From a virus: 64,000 nucleotides of DNA. Location: positions 93,926 through 157,925 of IMG/VR virus record IMGVR_UViG_3300045971_000149, one strand, 5' to 3'. Below are positions 42,629 to 52,979 of the stretch, piece after piece (the stretch's first letter is position 1; each line of letters starts with the position of its first letter). The notes under the pieces were generated by a model. The model searched no databases. It was not told the origin of the DNA and saw only the letters and a list, made by a program, of their open reading frames with translations. The position numbers and the translations under genes were made by a program.

Positions 42629-43263
42629 TTAGGGAATAGGCAAAATGCTTATTGCAGTAAGTAAATCTGCAATGGCGTTATCGATTACTGCTTTTATTTC
42701 AATATCTTCAGCATCTGTTACAATTTGATTCTGTAACGCAACATCATTTAATAATTCAGTTGCCTCTTCTTTTGTAATAAGCTTATTCTCGAGATTCTGT
42801 GCAATAGTTATAGCCTGTGTTGCATTTTTACCAACAACTGAATTATCGTGATCGGCTAACTTAATGAGCGTGTGTAGATCTAACATTATTTTTTCCTTTG
42901 AGCAATGGCGGATTTAATTACACCAGTTGATAATCGTATCATGTCGAATTTAGTTTCGCAGAATGTTTTACTGTGCGGGTCTTTTAATTGAGTAGCTGCG
43001 CGTTGCACTAATGTATCTAGATCGGTAAAAGCTTTACGTGCAACAGCATCGTCCGGAAAGTCTGCTCCGTAATTTGCTAACGATTCGCTTGCCAGTGCTA
43101 GTGTATTAATATTAGTTTTAGTTTGGACAAGATCGCCACAATCTGATTTATAATGTCCAGCATATGTGTAAATCTTATTAAGCTCATTGTACTCGATGTT
43201 GTCAAACGGTGTTGCTGCGCACCCGACTAACAACAATACTCCTAAAATTACAAGTTTCTTCAT
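42629..43263 (-). other. Lipoprotein (42886..43263) and partner ORF (42629..42886)
   Basis: MKKLVILGVLLLVGC lipobox; coupled downstream ORF. Confidence 0.7.
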
Positions 43264-43364
43264 GAGAACTCCTTTTGATTATTTATTGGTTAGAATTTGG
43301 TAAAAATATTTCTTGTGTTTTATTAGGTTTTGTCGTATACTGTATACATAACAACAGGAATTTT

Positions 43365-45862
43365 ATGAACACAGATCAAACCATTAACGCTATTAAACAA
43401 TTTTGCAAGGCGAGCAGCAGCGATGAGCAAATTTGGAATGGCAATAAAAGCACATATCATTGGAATATCGGTAAAGTTACATCGATTGGAATAGTAAATG
43501 GTGTAGTGCGAAAGTTAGCGGGTATTGATGTTAGCGGAAAGCAGATTTGGGCAGTCGCGGGCAGTCTTAAGATTATGCCCGACGGTACCATCGCCCGCTT
43601 TACAGGAATGCCAAAAAAGTTCATCTCCGACATTATGAGTAAAGTTGCATTAACTACCGCACCTAAAGAAGTAACGGAGACAGCAGATGTTGTATCTGGG
43701 ATTTAGAATTTCGAATCCTTGGAACAAGGATAGGTTCGAAAACCTATGGAATAAAAGTTGGCTTGTTACAAAACAAAAAGCAATTGAACTCGAAGTTTGC
43801 TATTCCGACGATACTATATTAAACGGAAGTTTCAATGTTACAACAAGAAGTGACCATGCAGGACTACAGATTGCAGTGGGTTTGCTGTTCTATAGATTTG
43901 ACTTTAACTTTTATGACACGCGTCATTGGAATGACAAAACTAACGATTGGGAAAAATACAATGGATGAAAAGTTTGGCCTGTCCACAACGATTCGAGTTT
44001 TATCAGTCTTGGCATTTACAGTATGGATTATTCAAAGTCCATATAGCGGCTGGTGGGTCTCCTTGGCGATATTGATTGCCGGATTATGATCCTAATCGAA
44101 GATAACGGTTTATACTGGTATGTTAATCCACTGTTTCCAGAACAGCATAATATGCTAAGTCCGGTGTTCAATGATAGTGCATTAGCATTACAGTGGCGAG
44201 GACGAGTAGGACACGAAAACTTCGGCGATATTGAAGAACTACAAACTAAATTAACTGCATTACAAAATGGAACAGAAGTGGTACTTCCATCAAGTAAGGG
44301 ACATGCAGAAGCAATGCTACGAGTAGCAAGTTTTTATTTGGATAATTTAAAATGAGTACATATACCCCGGACCGTTGGGTCATGCTTGAAATGACAGCAG
44401 ATGACGGAACCAAACTTAAGAAAGTCCTTGCCTCGTACTACGGTGGCTACGCCGGCAGCGATAGTTGGAAGCTCAGTTCGGGAGTAACCGAAACTAAAGA
44501 GTTTGATAACCGCTATGAGTTTTTGAACTTCAGTGGAAGCACTTACATCTGCTACAAAAAAGCATACGGTATGAGCAACTACACCTCTATGATACTGAGC
44601 GGATGGCAAGAAGAACTACCTAACAAGGTTGAGATATTGGAAAGTTATCAGGAAACTATATGACTGAGCTGTGTGTGCTTACATTGCTTTTTACAAAGCA
44701 TTTCATTGTAGACTTCCCTCTACAACCACGCTATATGTATAGCAATAAGGGCACATACGGGCATCCGGGCGGAGTGCTTCACGCATTCTTGCACTTAGTT
44801 CCTACCTTCGCTATCTTTTGGTTTTTCTTTGATATCGAGACTGCTACCATTATTGCTTGGGCCGATGCGTTAATACATTATCATATTGATTGGGCAAAAA
44901 TGAACATCAATAAGAAAATGGGATGGGGTCCAACTACCCACGAAGAATTTTGGTGGTTGACTGGACTTGATCAATTTTTACATGCGCTAACGTATATTGT
45001 ATTAGTAGCAGGTACAATTGAATGAAAAAATCAATCCGGTTTACTTATTCAATTCCGGAAATGCAACAGTTAACCAACTATTGCGATCCGGATATGGTAA
45101 TTTTTGGAAAGGACTATCCACCAGAAGGTAGTCCGCCGTGGGCCGAAATCAGAGCTAAAACAGAAACATATAGAATGATCGAAGGACAGTGTGTTACTAA
45201 AACAAAGACTGGATACATTATAAAATGAACAATCGAATTGACGAACTTAAAGAAGAATCATTGTTATGGGCAGTAGAAACCCTAGACCCAGATCAGCTAA
45301 ACGAATACGAATGGGGCGTGGCAATTGATAAAAAATTTGCCGAGTTGATTATTCAAGAATGCGCCGACTACATCAACTATCGAACCGACGACTGGGATGC
45401 TAAGTTACGCTGGATATTTAACGACGGATCGGGTTATATGAAAGTAGATGTTGATAGTTTGTTAAACGGACACTTCGGAGTTGAAGAATGAGTATGCACC
45501 TACACCACCCTTCACTGTCAATGGCAGGGAAGAAAAAGGGCAAGGTAAAATTCCGCAATGCCGAAGAAGCGCGAAAGGCGCGCGAGCTCGATGAGAGTTG
45601 GAAACAACTACAAAAGAAATATGTTGCCAAAATCAATGTGAGTAGTACAAACGCAAAGTTTGACGACCTATCAATTCCCGAAGGTCGTAATACTACTGCT
45701 CATATTAAGAGCAAAGTTACCGAAGGCGGTACTGCTACATTGCAACCTGCTAAAGTTTACACTGGGGATAAGATGTTAGGAATTGGGCAATTGCACAAAA
45801 GCAATGCGGTACCTGTTTTTAGCTCAGACGAAGTTGTAAATATAGCCAGGATGCGTCGATAA
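43365..45862 (+). other. Array of small accessory ORFs
   Basis: Coupled ORFs at 43365, 43687, 44352, 44660, 45022, 45225 and 45488. Confidence 0.7.
44660..45025 (+). CDS. DUF3307-like membrane protein
   Basis: KHFIVDFPLQ, H...H, HYHID and DQFLH. Confidence 0.7.
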   Translation: MTELCVLTLLFTKHFIVDFPLQPRYMYSNKGTYGHPGGVLHAFLHLVPTFAIFWFFFDIETATIIAWADALIHYHIDWAKMNINKKMGWGPTTHEEFWWLTGLDQFLHALTYIVLVAGTIE

Positions 45863-45883
45863 CAATACGATAAATATCACACT

Positions 45884-47413
45884 ATGTTAATGGCTTATCT
45901 AACTCTATTATCCGGACTGCTTATAAGCGGTGTGGCAATCTTTTATTCAGTTTCGGGACTAACTAGCATCTTCTCTGCGGCTGCATGGCCCATTATCATT
46001 ATGGGATCGAGTCTCGAAGTAGCAAAGCTAGTAGCTACTGTTTGGCTAAAACAGAACTGGTCATTTGCCCCTAGGTTTCTAAAAGCGTATTTACTTATTG
46101 CTGTTGTACTGCTTATGGGCATTACTAGTATGGGCATCTTTGGATACCTAAGTAAAGCGCACAGCGATCAAAGTTTAGTAAGTGGAGATGCAACTTCAAA
46201 GGTAGCAATATATGATGAAAAAATTAAAACGGCCCGTGAAAATGTTGAGGCTAACAGGAAAACGCTTAAACAGTTGGACGAGGCAGTGGACCAAGTCATG
46301 GCACGCTCAACAACAGAAACGGGTGCCACCAAATCTGTTCAAATCCGTAAAAGTCAACAAGGCGATAGAACTCGTATTGCCCGCGAAATTGAAGCCGAGC
46401 AACAAACAATTGCAAGACTTACTGACGAATCCATACCGTTACGTGCAGATGTACGAAAGGTCGAAGCAGAAGTCGGCCCGATCAAATACATTGCGGCATT
46501 TATCTACGGGGATAACCCAACTGAGAATGTATTAGAAAAAGCAGTTACATGGGTTATTATACTAATTGTTGCTGTATTCGATCCTTTAGCCATTATGCTG
46601 CTATTAGCAAGTCAATATAGTTTCCAACAACTTAAAAAAATAGAAGATGATTTGGATAAAATAGAATTGGGGGGATATCATGTACCAACGAAAGATGACG
46701 ACGATACTCCGCAAGTAGTATCACGAGAAGAAGCAATCGTTGAACCGGATGAAGATCCAACAATGATTCCATTACCGGACCTCGGAGTGGGGGTGTATGC
46801 ACAATCAGTAGAAAGTATATTACCTGAATTAGTTCAACCAATATACGAAGAACTGAATGACGATCCGTTAACAGCTGATCAGGATTTATTGTCGTTGGAA
46901 TCGAGATTAGATGCACAAGAATCTATCTTCCCGGAAAATATTGAGCACGACCCGTTCCCTAACATAAATCATAATGCTCCTGTTCCTCTAGATATATTGT
47001 TTCCAGAAGAGGAAGATAGGCCGATAAGAGAATTCTTCGAGCGCGGCAGGGAAGTAGCACGTAGGTTAGATGCTGGAGAAAGCCTTGAAGGTATCCCGGG
47101 TGCAATTACTCAGTCTACAGTAGATTATGAATTTATCGACGAGGAGTATGAGCCAGACTTTATAGTTCCGGAAAAGGAAGAAGTGCCAAGTGAAAGTGAA
47201 ACTATAATCACTGAACAAGCAGATGAAGTGAAAGATAGTCCCACTGACGCAGAGAAGCTTGCAAGTGCAGGGTATGTTCAAAATGAAGAACAAAACGAAG
47301 GCGGGCTTTGGAGTAAGATTGCAACTGGAAAGTGGGATGATATTGCAAGTAAGCCGATTACTGAACCAAAATATCTACTGATGTCCAAACTACGAAATTC
47401 TGATGTCCAATAA
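45884..47413 (+). CDS. Membrane protein with coiled coil and acidic tail
   Basis: N-terminal TM helices, EAEVGPIKYIA and VFDPLAI. Confidence 0.75.
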   Translation: MLMAYLTLLSGLLISGVAIFYSVSGLTSIFSAAAWPIIIMGSSLEVAKLVATVWLKQNWSFAPRFLKAYLLIAVVLLMGITSMGIFGYLSKAHSDQSLVSGDATSKVAIYDEKIKTARENVEANRKTLKQLDEAVDQVMARSTTETGATKSVQIRKSQQGDRTRIAREIEAEQQTIARLTDESIPLRADVRKVEAEVGPIKYIAAFIYGDNPTENVLEKAVTWVIILIVAVFDPLAIMLLLASQYSFQQLKKIEDDLDKIELGGYHVPTKDDDDTPQVVSREEAIVEPDEDPTMIPLPDLGVGVYAQSVESILPELVQPIYEELNDDPLTADQDLLSLESRLDAQESIFPENIEHDPFPNINHNAPVPLDILFPEEEDRPIREFFERGREVARRLDAGESLEGIPGAITQSTVDYEFIDEEYEPDFIVPEKEEVPSESETIITEQADEVKDSPTDAEKLASAGYVQNEEQNEGGLWSKIATGKWDDIASKPITEPKYLLMSKLRNSDVQ

Positions 47414-47798
47414 AATAACATTAATCACACCGCCTGACATATACGAGAATTCGAACTTCAGTATTTTGTTCTTAGGGCTTAGTGAGACTGATCAAGATGA
47501 TGCAAGTCTCTGGTTAGGACAAAACGAAGGCTATCCGGAAACAAACTTTTACTACTACCAAGGTGAAGATAATTTGACTTGGTTGCTGTATGCATTAAAT
47601 AGAGCAGATGTAAAGTTCTTGAACTTCGACACAGATAGTGCTATAATTAATTTACTCGGCAGTTATATTCTAGGACGCCCGAATGTGTATTATAGCACAA
47701 AAGACCCTAGCATACAAGAACTGATGTCTCATATCAATAACCAATTTGTGCCCGATGTACAAACATTTTTAAAGAGAGCATTTAATGGAAAAGAATAA
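47403..47798 (+). CDS. Hypothetical protein
   Basis: 131-aa coupled ORF (LITPPD). Confidence 0.7.
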   Translation: MSNKITLITPPDIYENSNFSILFLGLSETDQDDASLWLGQNEGYPETNFYYYQGEDNLTWLLYALNRADVKFLNFDTDSAIINLLGSYILGRPNVYYSTKDPSIQELMSHINNQFVPDVQTFLKRAFNGKE

Positions 47799-49035
47799 GA
47801 ACGACGATCACCAATGTAGTTTTTGTGGAAAACACAAGGAAGACGTTGAAAAAATGATTGTTGGAGACGGCGCTGCAATCTGCAATGATTGTGTAGATCT
47901 ATGTACTAATATATTAGACGATAAAAAGGTAAAAGACTTTCCGTCTAAGGGTGATAAAAAGCAATTTAATCCCACAAAAATTAAAGACTTCCTTGACGAA
48001 TATGTTATCGGACAAGAGCGAGCAAAGATTGCGTTAAGTGTGGGAGTTGCTCAACACTTTAAGCGTGTGTTTAGTCCATCCAAGGATATTAAACTTGAAA
48101 AGACAAATGTGCTTATGCTCGGCCCTACAGGATGCGGCAAGACAATGATGGCAAAGAAGGTTGCAGAATTTCTCGATCTGCCGTTTGCAGTTTGCGATGC
48201 AACAGGGCTAACTGAAGCAGGATATGTCGGCGACGATGTAGAAAGTATTCTTATTCGATTGTTAGCAGTAGCTGACGGCGATGTAGAACGTGCAGAACAC
48301 GGTATTGTTTACGTCGATGAAATTGATAAGATTGCTCGTAAGGGCGAAAATATGAGTATCACCCGTGATGTGAGCGGTGAAGGTGTACAACAAGCATTGT
48401 TGAAAATTATCGAAGGCACAATTGCCCGGGTACCTGCAGGCGATAAGCGTAAGCATCCTAAGGGCGATATGATTGAAATTGACACTTCAAACATTTTGTT
48501 CATTTGTGGCGGCGCATTTGTGGGCTTAGATAAGCAAATTGCAAATCGCAAGGATGCAAACAGTATCGGCTTCCATACTCCTGCAAAGAAGAAAGACAAA
48601 TCAGAGAGCAGCTATCTAGACGACTTTACTACAAAGGATCTTATTAGCTTTGGACTTATTCCCGAGTTTGTGGGGCGCTTTGGACTTACAGTAAACGTTA
48701 ACGAACTAAGCGTCGAAGATTTAATGCAGATTCTTAAAGAACCTAAGAATAGCATTATCCAGCAGTACCAGTATATTTTTAAGTTAGACGGTGTTGAATT
48801 GAAGTTTGAAGATGAAGCACTTCGTGTTATTGCAGAAAAAGCAAAAGAACTTAAAACTAACGCACGTGGCCTAAAACAAATCATCGAAAAGATGTTGTTA
48901 AATTATCAATTTGAAGCGATGGACCTTGCAGAGCGCGGGTTAGAGCGAATTGTGATAACCAAGGATACAGCCCAAGGAGGCAAAGCTGTTTTAATTTTTA
49001 ATAAAGAGCATGGCAAAAAATCCGAACAGTCCTAA
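47785..49035 (+). CDS. clpX: ATP-dependent Clp protease ATPase ClpX
   Basis: C4 zinc domain, [34 protein letters not shown] and IGF loop. Confidence 0.96.
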   Translation: MEKNKNDDHQCSFCGKHKEDVEKMIVGDGAAICNDCVDLCTNILDDKKVKDFPSKGDKKQFNPTKIKDFLDEYVIGQERAKIALSVGVAQHFKRVFSPSKDIKLEKTNVLMLGPTGCGKTMMAKKVAEFLDLPFAVCDATGLTEAGYVGDDVESILIRLLAVADGDVERAEHGIVYVDEIDKIARKGENMSITRDVSGEGVQQALLKIIEGTIARVPAGDKRKHPKGDMIEIDTSNILFICGGAFVGLDKQIANRKDANSIGFHTPAKKKDKSESSYLDDFTTKDLISFGLIPEFVGRFGLTVNVNELSVEDLMQILKEPKNSIIQQYQYIFKLDGVELKFEDEALRVIAEKAKELKTNARGLKQIIEKMLLNYQFEAMDLAERGLERIVITKDTAQGGKAVLIFNKEHGKKSEQS

Positions 49036-49252
49036 GCTTACTGGACTTAAAGTAGAAGTAGGCGACGCTAATATTAGCGTTGCCCTGCGTAAGCTAAAAC
49101 AAAAAGTAGAAGATGCTGGTCTCCTGTTGGATGTTCAGAAACATGAATTTTACGAAAAGCCCACAACAGAACGTAAGCGTAAAAAAGGTGCTGCAAAAGC
49201 CCGTCTAAAAAAACAACTACGCGATCAACAATTACCTCCAAAGCTATATTGA
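49010..49252 (+). CDS. rpsU: Ribosomal protein bS21
   Basis: ALRKLKQK...HEFYEKPTTERKRKK. Confidence 0.9.
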   Translation: MAKNPNSPKLTGLKVEVGDANISVALRKLKQKVEDAGLLLDVQKHEFYEKPTTERKRKKGAAKARLKKQLRDQQLPPKLY

Positions 49253-49276
49253 AATATTGTAGTTTTGTGTTATACT
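49249..49276 (+). promoter_or_regulatory. Sigma70-type promoter for the tRNA
   Basis: TTGAAA...TGT-TATACT, 8 nt before the tRNA. Confidence 0.65.
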
Positions 49277-49284
49277 GTATATAT

Positions 49285-49360
49285 GCGGTATTAGCTCAGT
49301 GGTTAGAGCGTGGACTTCTAAACTCCCGGGTCGAGAGTTCGATTCTCTCATATCGCACCA
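49285..49360 (+). tRNA. tRNA with CUA anticodon (putative amber suppressor)
   Basis: 76 nt; acceptor GCGGTAT/ATATCGC, D arm GCTC/GAGC, anticodon loop TT-CTA-AA, T arm GAGAG-TTCGATT-CTCTC, encoded CCA. The anticodon stem has two mismatches. Confidence 0.85.
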
Positions 49361-49373
49361 ACAGGATAACATT

Positions 49374-49760
49374 ATGCAAAGAGGAAACAGAAACGTTATG
49401 AACGCAATTAAAATGAAACGTCTAGAGCTTCTAGACATTGTTCGTGCAAACAAAGAAAAGCACATTGCAGAATACGTAGAAGCTGTCATTGATTATAAAC
49501 AACTTGTAATTAAAGTAGCCGAAGCTAATTCTAAAATCGCAAACGATAATACTACTATTAAGAATTTTAAACATTGGCCAACAACTCCGGAATCTTTTGA
49601 AGATAGCTACAAACGAGCGATTCGTATGTTAGAACTATCCATTGAAGACGTAATCGAAGTTGAAGAAGATATATTCAACCAACTAGTACTCGATGAATGG
49701 TCGTGGAAGCGCCAATTTGTCGGAAGCACAACTTCTTACAAGACCGGCTTGGGATTCTAA
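49374..49760 (+). CDS. Hypothetical protein
   Basis: AGGA RBS; 128 aa (PESFEDSYKRAIRMLE). Confidence 0.7.
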   Translation: MQRGNRNVMNAIKMKRLELLDIVRANKEKHIAEYVEAVIDYKQLVIKVAEANSKIANDNTTIKNFKHWPTTPESFEDSYKRAIRMLELSIEDVIEVEEDIFNQLVLDEWSWKRQFVGSTTSYKTGLGF

Positions 49761-49796
49761 ATCACATTAGGGAGCATTGTCTCCCTAATAAATAAA

Positions 49797-49865
49797 TTTG
49801 TAGCGCAGGGCTACAAACCGACAGACTTTAACAATATGCACTTAGTCTGTGTGCAGTAAAAAGGA
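49797..49865 (+). promoter_or_regulatory. Structured 5' leader (hairpin plus H-type pseudoknot next to the RBS)
   Basis: TTTGTAGC/GCTACAAA; ACAGACT/AGTCTGT; loop TGCAC pairs with GTGCA. Confidence 0.55.
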
Positions 49866-49870
49866 AAATC

Positions 49871-50773
49871 ATGATGTATAATCAAAAAATGGTCGCCTCC
49901 ATTAAAGTAAAGGGCAAAATCCTCCGTGAATTCAAAGATACAGTTTATATCCCATTTGGTGCTGAATATAGCATCCTTCTTAAAAATCTTAATACTGTTC
50001 GGTGTGTTGTTAATGTGTTCATTGACGGCGATAATATGGTTCCTGGCGGAGTCGTGTTGGGAGCCGGTCAAACAGTTGATCTCGAGCGTTCGGTTAAAAA
50101 TGGGAATCTAAGCGCAGGTAACAAGTTTAAGTTTATTGAACGTACTGGTGCAATTGAAGACGGTCCTCGTGGTGTTAAACTCGAAGATGGTCTTATCCGT
50201 GTTGAATATCAGTTTGAAAAAGCATATCCTTCCTTAAATGTAAATGATTGGTATCAAAAGCAAATATTACCTCAACAACCGTACCATGGTCCATTCTTCG
50301 GAAGTATTGCTCGAGATACAGCAGGCGATCGTTTTAGCGTAACAGCAGCCGGCATGTTTAATCAAGTAAACATCGGTGGCGCGCTACGTGGAGTTGATAC
50401 AAGCCAAAATGGTGCTACAATGCAAGCATCAGCAAGTGCTGCAATAAATCAATTTTGCGCAACTAACGGAATCACATCAGAGGTTCACGACGGTGCCGCT
50501 ACAATGGATAGCTTTGTTCCGAAAAATGATGTCGGTATTACGGTAGCAGGCAGTAAGAGTACTCAGCAGTTTCAAAATGTGACAATGGGTGCGTTAGAAG
50601 TTGAGAAGCATTCCATTGTGCTAAAACTGTTAGGCGAAACTCCTGATAACAGGCCAGTGCTAGATCCAGTGACAGTTGATACAAAAACAAAGTGCACTAC
50701 CTGCGGAATACAAAGTAAACGTAATGCAAAGTTCTGCGCACACTGCGGTACTTCTCTTGTGGTATACGCATAA
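49871..50773 (+). CDS. Hypothetical protein with C-terminal zinc ribbon
   Basis: 300 aa ending CTTCG...FCAHCG. Confidence 0.8.
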   Translation: MMYNQKMVASIKVKGKILREFKDTVYIPFGAEYSILLKNLNTVRCVVNVFIDGDNMVPGGVVLGAGQTVDLERSVKNGNLSAGNKFKFIERTGAIEDGPRGVKLEDGLIRVEYQFEKAYPSLNVNDWYQKQILPQQPYHGPFFGSIARDTAGDRFSVTAAGMFNQVNIGGALRGVDTSQNGATMQASASAAINQFCATNGITSEVHDGAATMDSFVPKNDVGITVAGSKSTQQFQNVTMGALEVEKHSIVLKLLGETPDNRPVLDPVTVDTKTKCTTCGIQSKRNAKFCAHCGTSLVVYA

Positions 50774-50813
50774 ATAGTGTATACTGTTTATACAGTTTCG
50801 ATAAAGGAGTAAT

Positions 50814-50975
50814 ATGAAACAACGCAAATTGATCAAAGAAGTTTATAAGGCTTGCATCGAGCACAATCTTGAGAAATTAGTTGAACTCCGTATTGAAGAG
50901 TTCCGCAAAATTTTAAAGAGAAAAGCAGAAGGTAAAGCATTTACTTCACCAAAATGGGCTATAGTACGTTTGTAA
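50814..50975 (+). CDS. Small basic hypothetical protein (53 aa)
   Basis: AAGGAG RBS; MKQRKLIKEVYKAC... Confidence 0.65.
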   Translation: MKQRKLIKEVYKACIEHNLEKLVELRIEEFRKILKRKAEGKAFTSPKWAIVRL

Positions 50976-51019
50976 TCTAATTGCAATCTTAGCCCCTAGT
51001 TTAGAGCGATAAATAAGGC

Positions 51020-51805
51020 ATGAAAGCCAAAACTTATCGCTCTATTTTTATCTCTGATGTACATTTAGGTACAAGGGACTGTAAAGCAGAACAACTAAAC
51101 AACTTCCTCAAACATAACTCCTGCGAAACGCTATATATGGTAGGCGATATTATAGATGCATGGCGTATTCAGCAAAACAAGTGGCGCTGGAAGCAAAGTC
51201 ATACAAATGTTGTCCGACGTGTGTTAGGACATGCAAAGCGTGGTACTCGCGTAGTCTATATAGCAGGCAATCACGACGAATTTCTAAGACCCATGATACC
51301 ATATGGGTTTTCTTTTGGGCATGTCGAAATTTGTAATCAAATAGAGCATATTGGTGCAGACGGCAAGCATTACCTAGTAGTGCATGGAGATTTATTTGAT
51401 GGAATAACACGATTAGCTCCTTGGCTTGCGTTCCTTGGGGATAAAGCATATGATTTTATCCTAAATCTAAATGGCAAGTTTAACTGGTTTCGCCACAAGA
51501 TGGGATTCGGGTATTGGTCACTAAGTAAATATCTCAAAGCGCGAGTTAAGAAAGCTGTAGACTTTATGTTTAAGTTTGAACAGAATTTAGCAGACTACTG
51601 TAAGAAGCGCGGATTTGACGGCATAATCTGCGGGCACATACACCACGCTGAAATTAAAGAAATTGACGGTATTACATATATGAACGACGGTGATTGGGTA
51701 GAATCAATGACTGCATTAGTAGAACATCACAACGGACGTTGGGAGATAATACATTGGACACAGGCAAGCGATGAAACAAAAGACGATACTGATAATAACA
51801 GATAA
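51020..51805 (+). CDS. Metallophosphoesterase, PlcP/LpxH-like
   Basis: SDVHLG, GDIID, GNHD, HGD, GHIH and NDGDWVES. Confidence 0.9.
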   Translation: MKAKTYRSIFISDVHLGTRDCKAEQLNNFLKHNSCETLYMVGDIIDAWRIQQNKWRWKQSHTNVVRRVLGHAKRGTRVVYIAGNHDEFLRPMIPYGFSFGHVEICNQIEHIGADGKHYLVVHGDLFDGITRLAPWLAFLGDKAYDFILNLNGKFNWFRHKMGFGYWSLSKYLKARVKKAVDFMFKFEQNLADYCKKRGFDGIICGHIHHAEIKEIDGITYMNDGDWVESMTALVEHHNGRWEIIHWTQASDETKDDTDNNR

Positions 51806-52775
51806 TTTACCGGACCAAATAAATGGCGTTGTCACGACTTACAAAAACATTGAGATTTGCGCGACTCGTGATAATTATAACGTTGTGGTGCTTCATCCCG
51901 GGTGGTTCAGCTATGTTGATTGCCCTCGCTACAACGAAGTCAAGATTACCTATCCGCGGCAGATGGGCAAGAAGATTGCGGAGATCGATCCGGATTATAT
52001 CCATATCGCCACAGAAGGTCCTCTTGGTATGTGGGCTAGAAAGTATCTTTCACTATATAATATTAGGCACAATACCGCTTATCATACTAAATTCCCTGAA
52101 GGGCTAAAAGCACTATTCGGAATACCGGAATCTATTACTTGGAAGTTTGTTCGTTGGTTCCACAAGCATAGCGGCAAGGTACTTACTACTACAGACTCAA
52201 TGGTTAAAGAATTGCAAGCCCACGGGTTTGATGGGGATATTATTCCTTGGACACGCGGAGTCGATAGAAGCATATTTTATCCCGACCATGCTCTTAACAA
52301 GCAGGTAACATTAGTATGTGTTAGCCGCGTAAGCAAAGAAAAGAATTTAGAAGATTTCTTTGAGTTGGACTATCCGGGCGCACGTAAGATTATGGTCGGT
52401 GACGGACCAATGCGAGCAGCATACGAAAAGAAATATCCGGATGTGGAATTCGTAGGTTTTAAAATTGGTGCAGATTTAGCAGAATATTACAGATTGGCAG
52501 ATGTGTTTGTATTCCCATCACGTTGGGAAACATTTGGCATTGTAATGATTGAAGCAATGGCGTGCGGCACGCCAGTTGCCGCTTATCCGTGTCAAGGTCC
52601 TGAAGATGTTATTGATGAAGGTGTCACCGGATGTATGGACGAAGACTTAACATCGGCAGTTAAAAGCGCCATACAGTTAGATAGACAAACTGTGTTAAAC
52701 GGTAGTATGCGTTGGAGTTGGGAAAATGCTTGGAAAATATTCCGCGATAATCTGATTGACTGTCGAAGCAGATAG
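51771..52775 (+). CDS. GT4 glycosyltransferase (Agt-like)
   Basis: QINGVVTT, HIATEGPLG, YHTKFPE, SRVSKEKN and ETFGIVMIEAMACGTPV. Confidence 0.92.
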   Translation: MKQKTILIITDNLPDQINGVVTTYKNIEICATRDNYNVVVLHPGWFSYVDCPRYNEVKITYPRQMGKKIAEIDPDYIHIATEGPLGMWARKYLSLYNIRHNTAYHTKFPEGLKALFGIPESITWKFVRWFHKHSGKVLTTTDSMVKELQAHGFDGDIIPWTRGVDRSIFYPDHALNKQVTLVCVSRVSKEKNLEDFFELDYPGARKIMVGDGPMRAAYEKKYPDVEFVGFKIGADLAEYYRLADVFVFPSRWETFGIVMIEAMACGTPVAAYPCQGPEDVIDEGVTGCMDEDLTSAVKSAIQLDRQTVLNGSMRWSWENAWKIFRDNLIDCRSR

Positions 52776-52979
52776 TGCTATACTAAATACATCATGCAAA
52801 TGTAGATCATCAACCATTTAACAATGCCCGAGCTGTGTAGCGAGCAATCGCTTACGTTTGGGCTTTCTTTTGATTGGAGGAAATATGTAGATTCATATTA
52901 ACGGCCCTCCTTAAGTGGATTACACTTTTCAAGTCAGTAATCAAATTTCCAAACACTTAACATCAGGAGAAATCAAATG
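52756..52979 (+). promoter_or_regulatory. Promoter and structured attenuator-like leader with two ATG-TAG uORFs
   Basis: TTGACT-N17-TATACT; uORFs at 52794 and 52885; terminator-like and RBS-masking hairpins. Confidence 0.7.

Noticed and set aside
49310-49327. Reading the tRNA as Arg(UCU)
   Set aside because: Shifting the loop to CT-TCT-AA removes position 26 and gives a poorer stem, and the Arg determinant A20 is absent. It remains a minor alternative.
49299-49373. N-terminal extension of ORF 49299..49760
   Set aside because: It overlaps the tRNA; ATG 49374 has an RBS.
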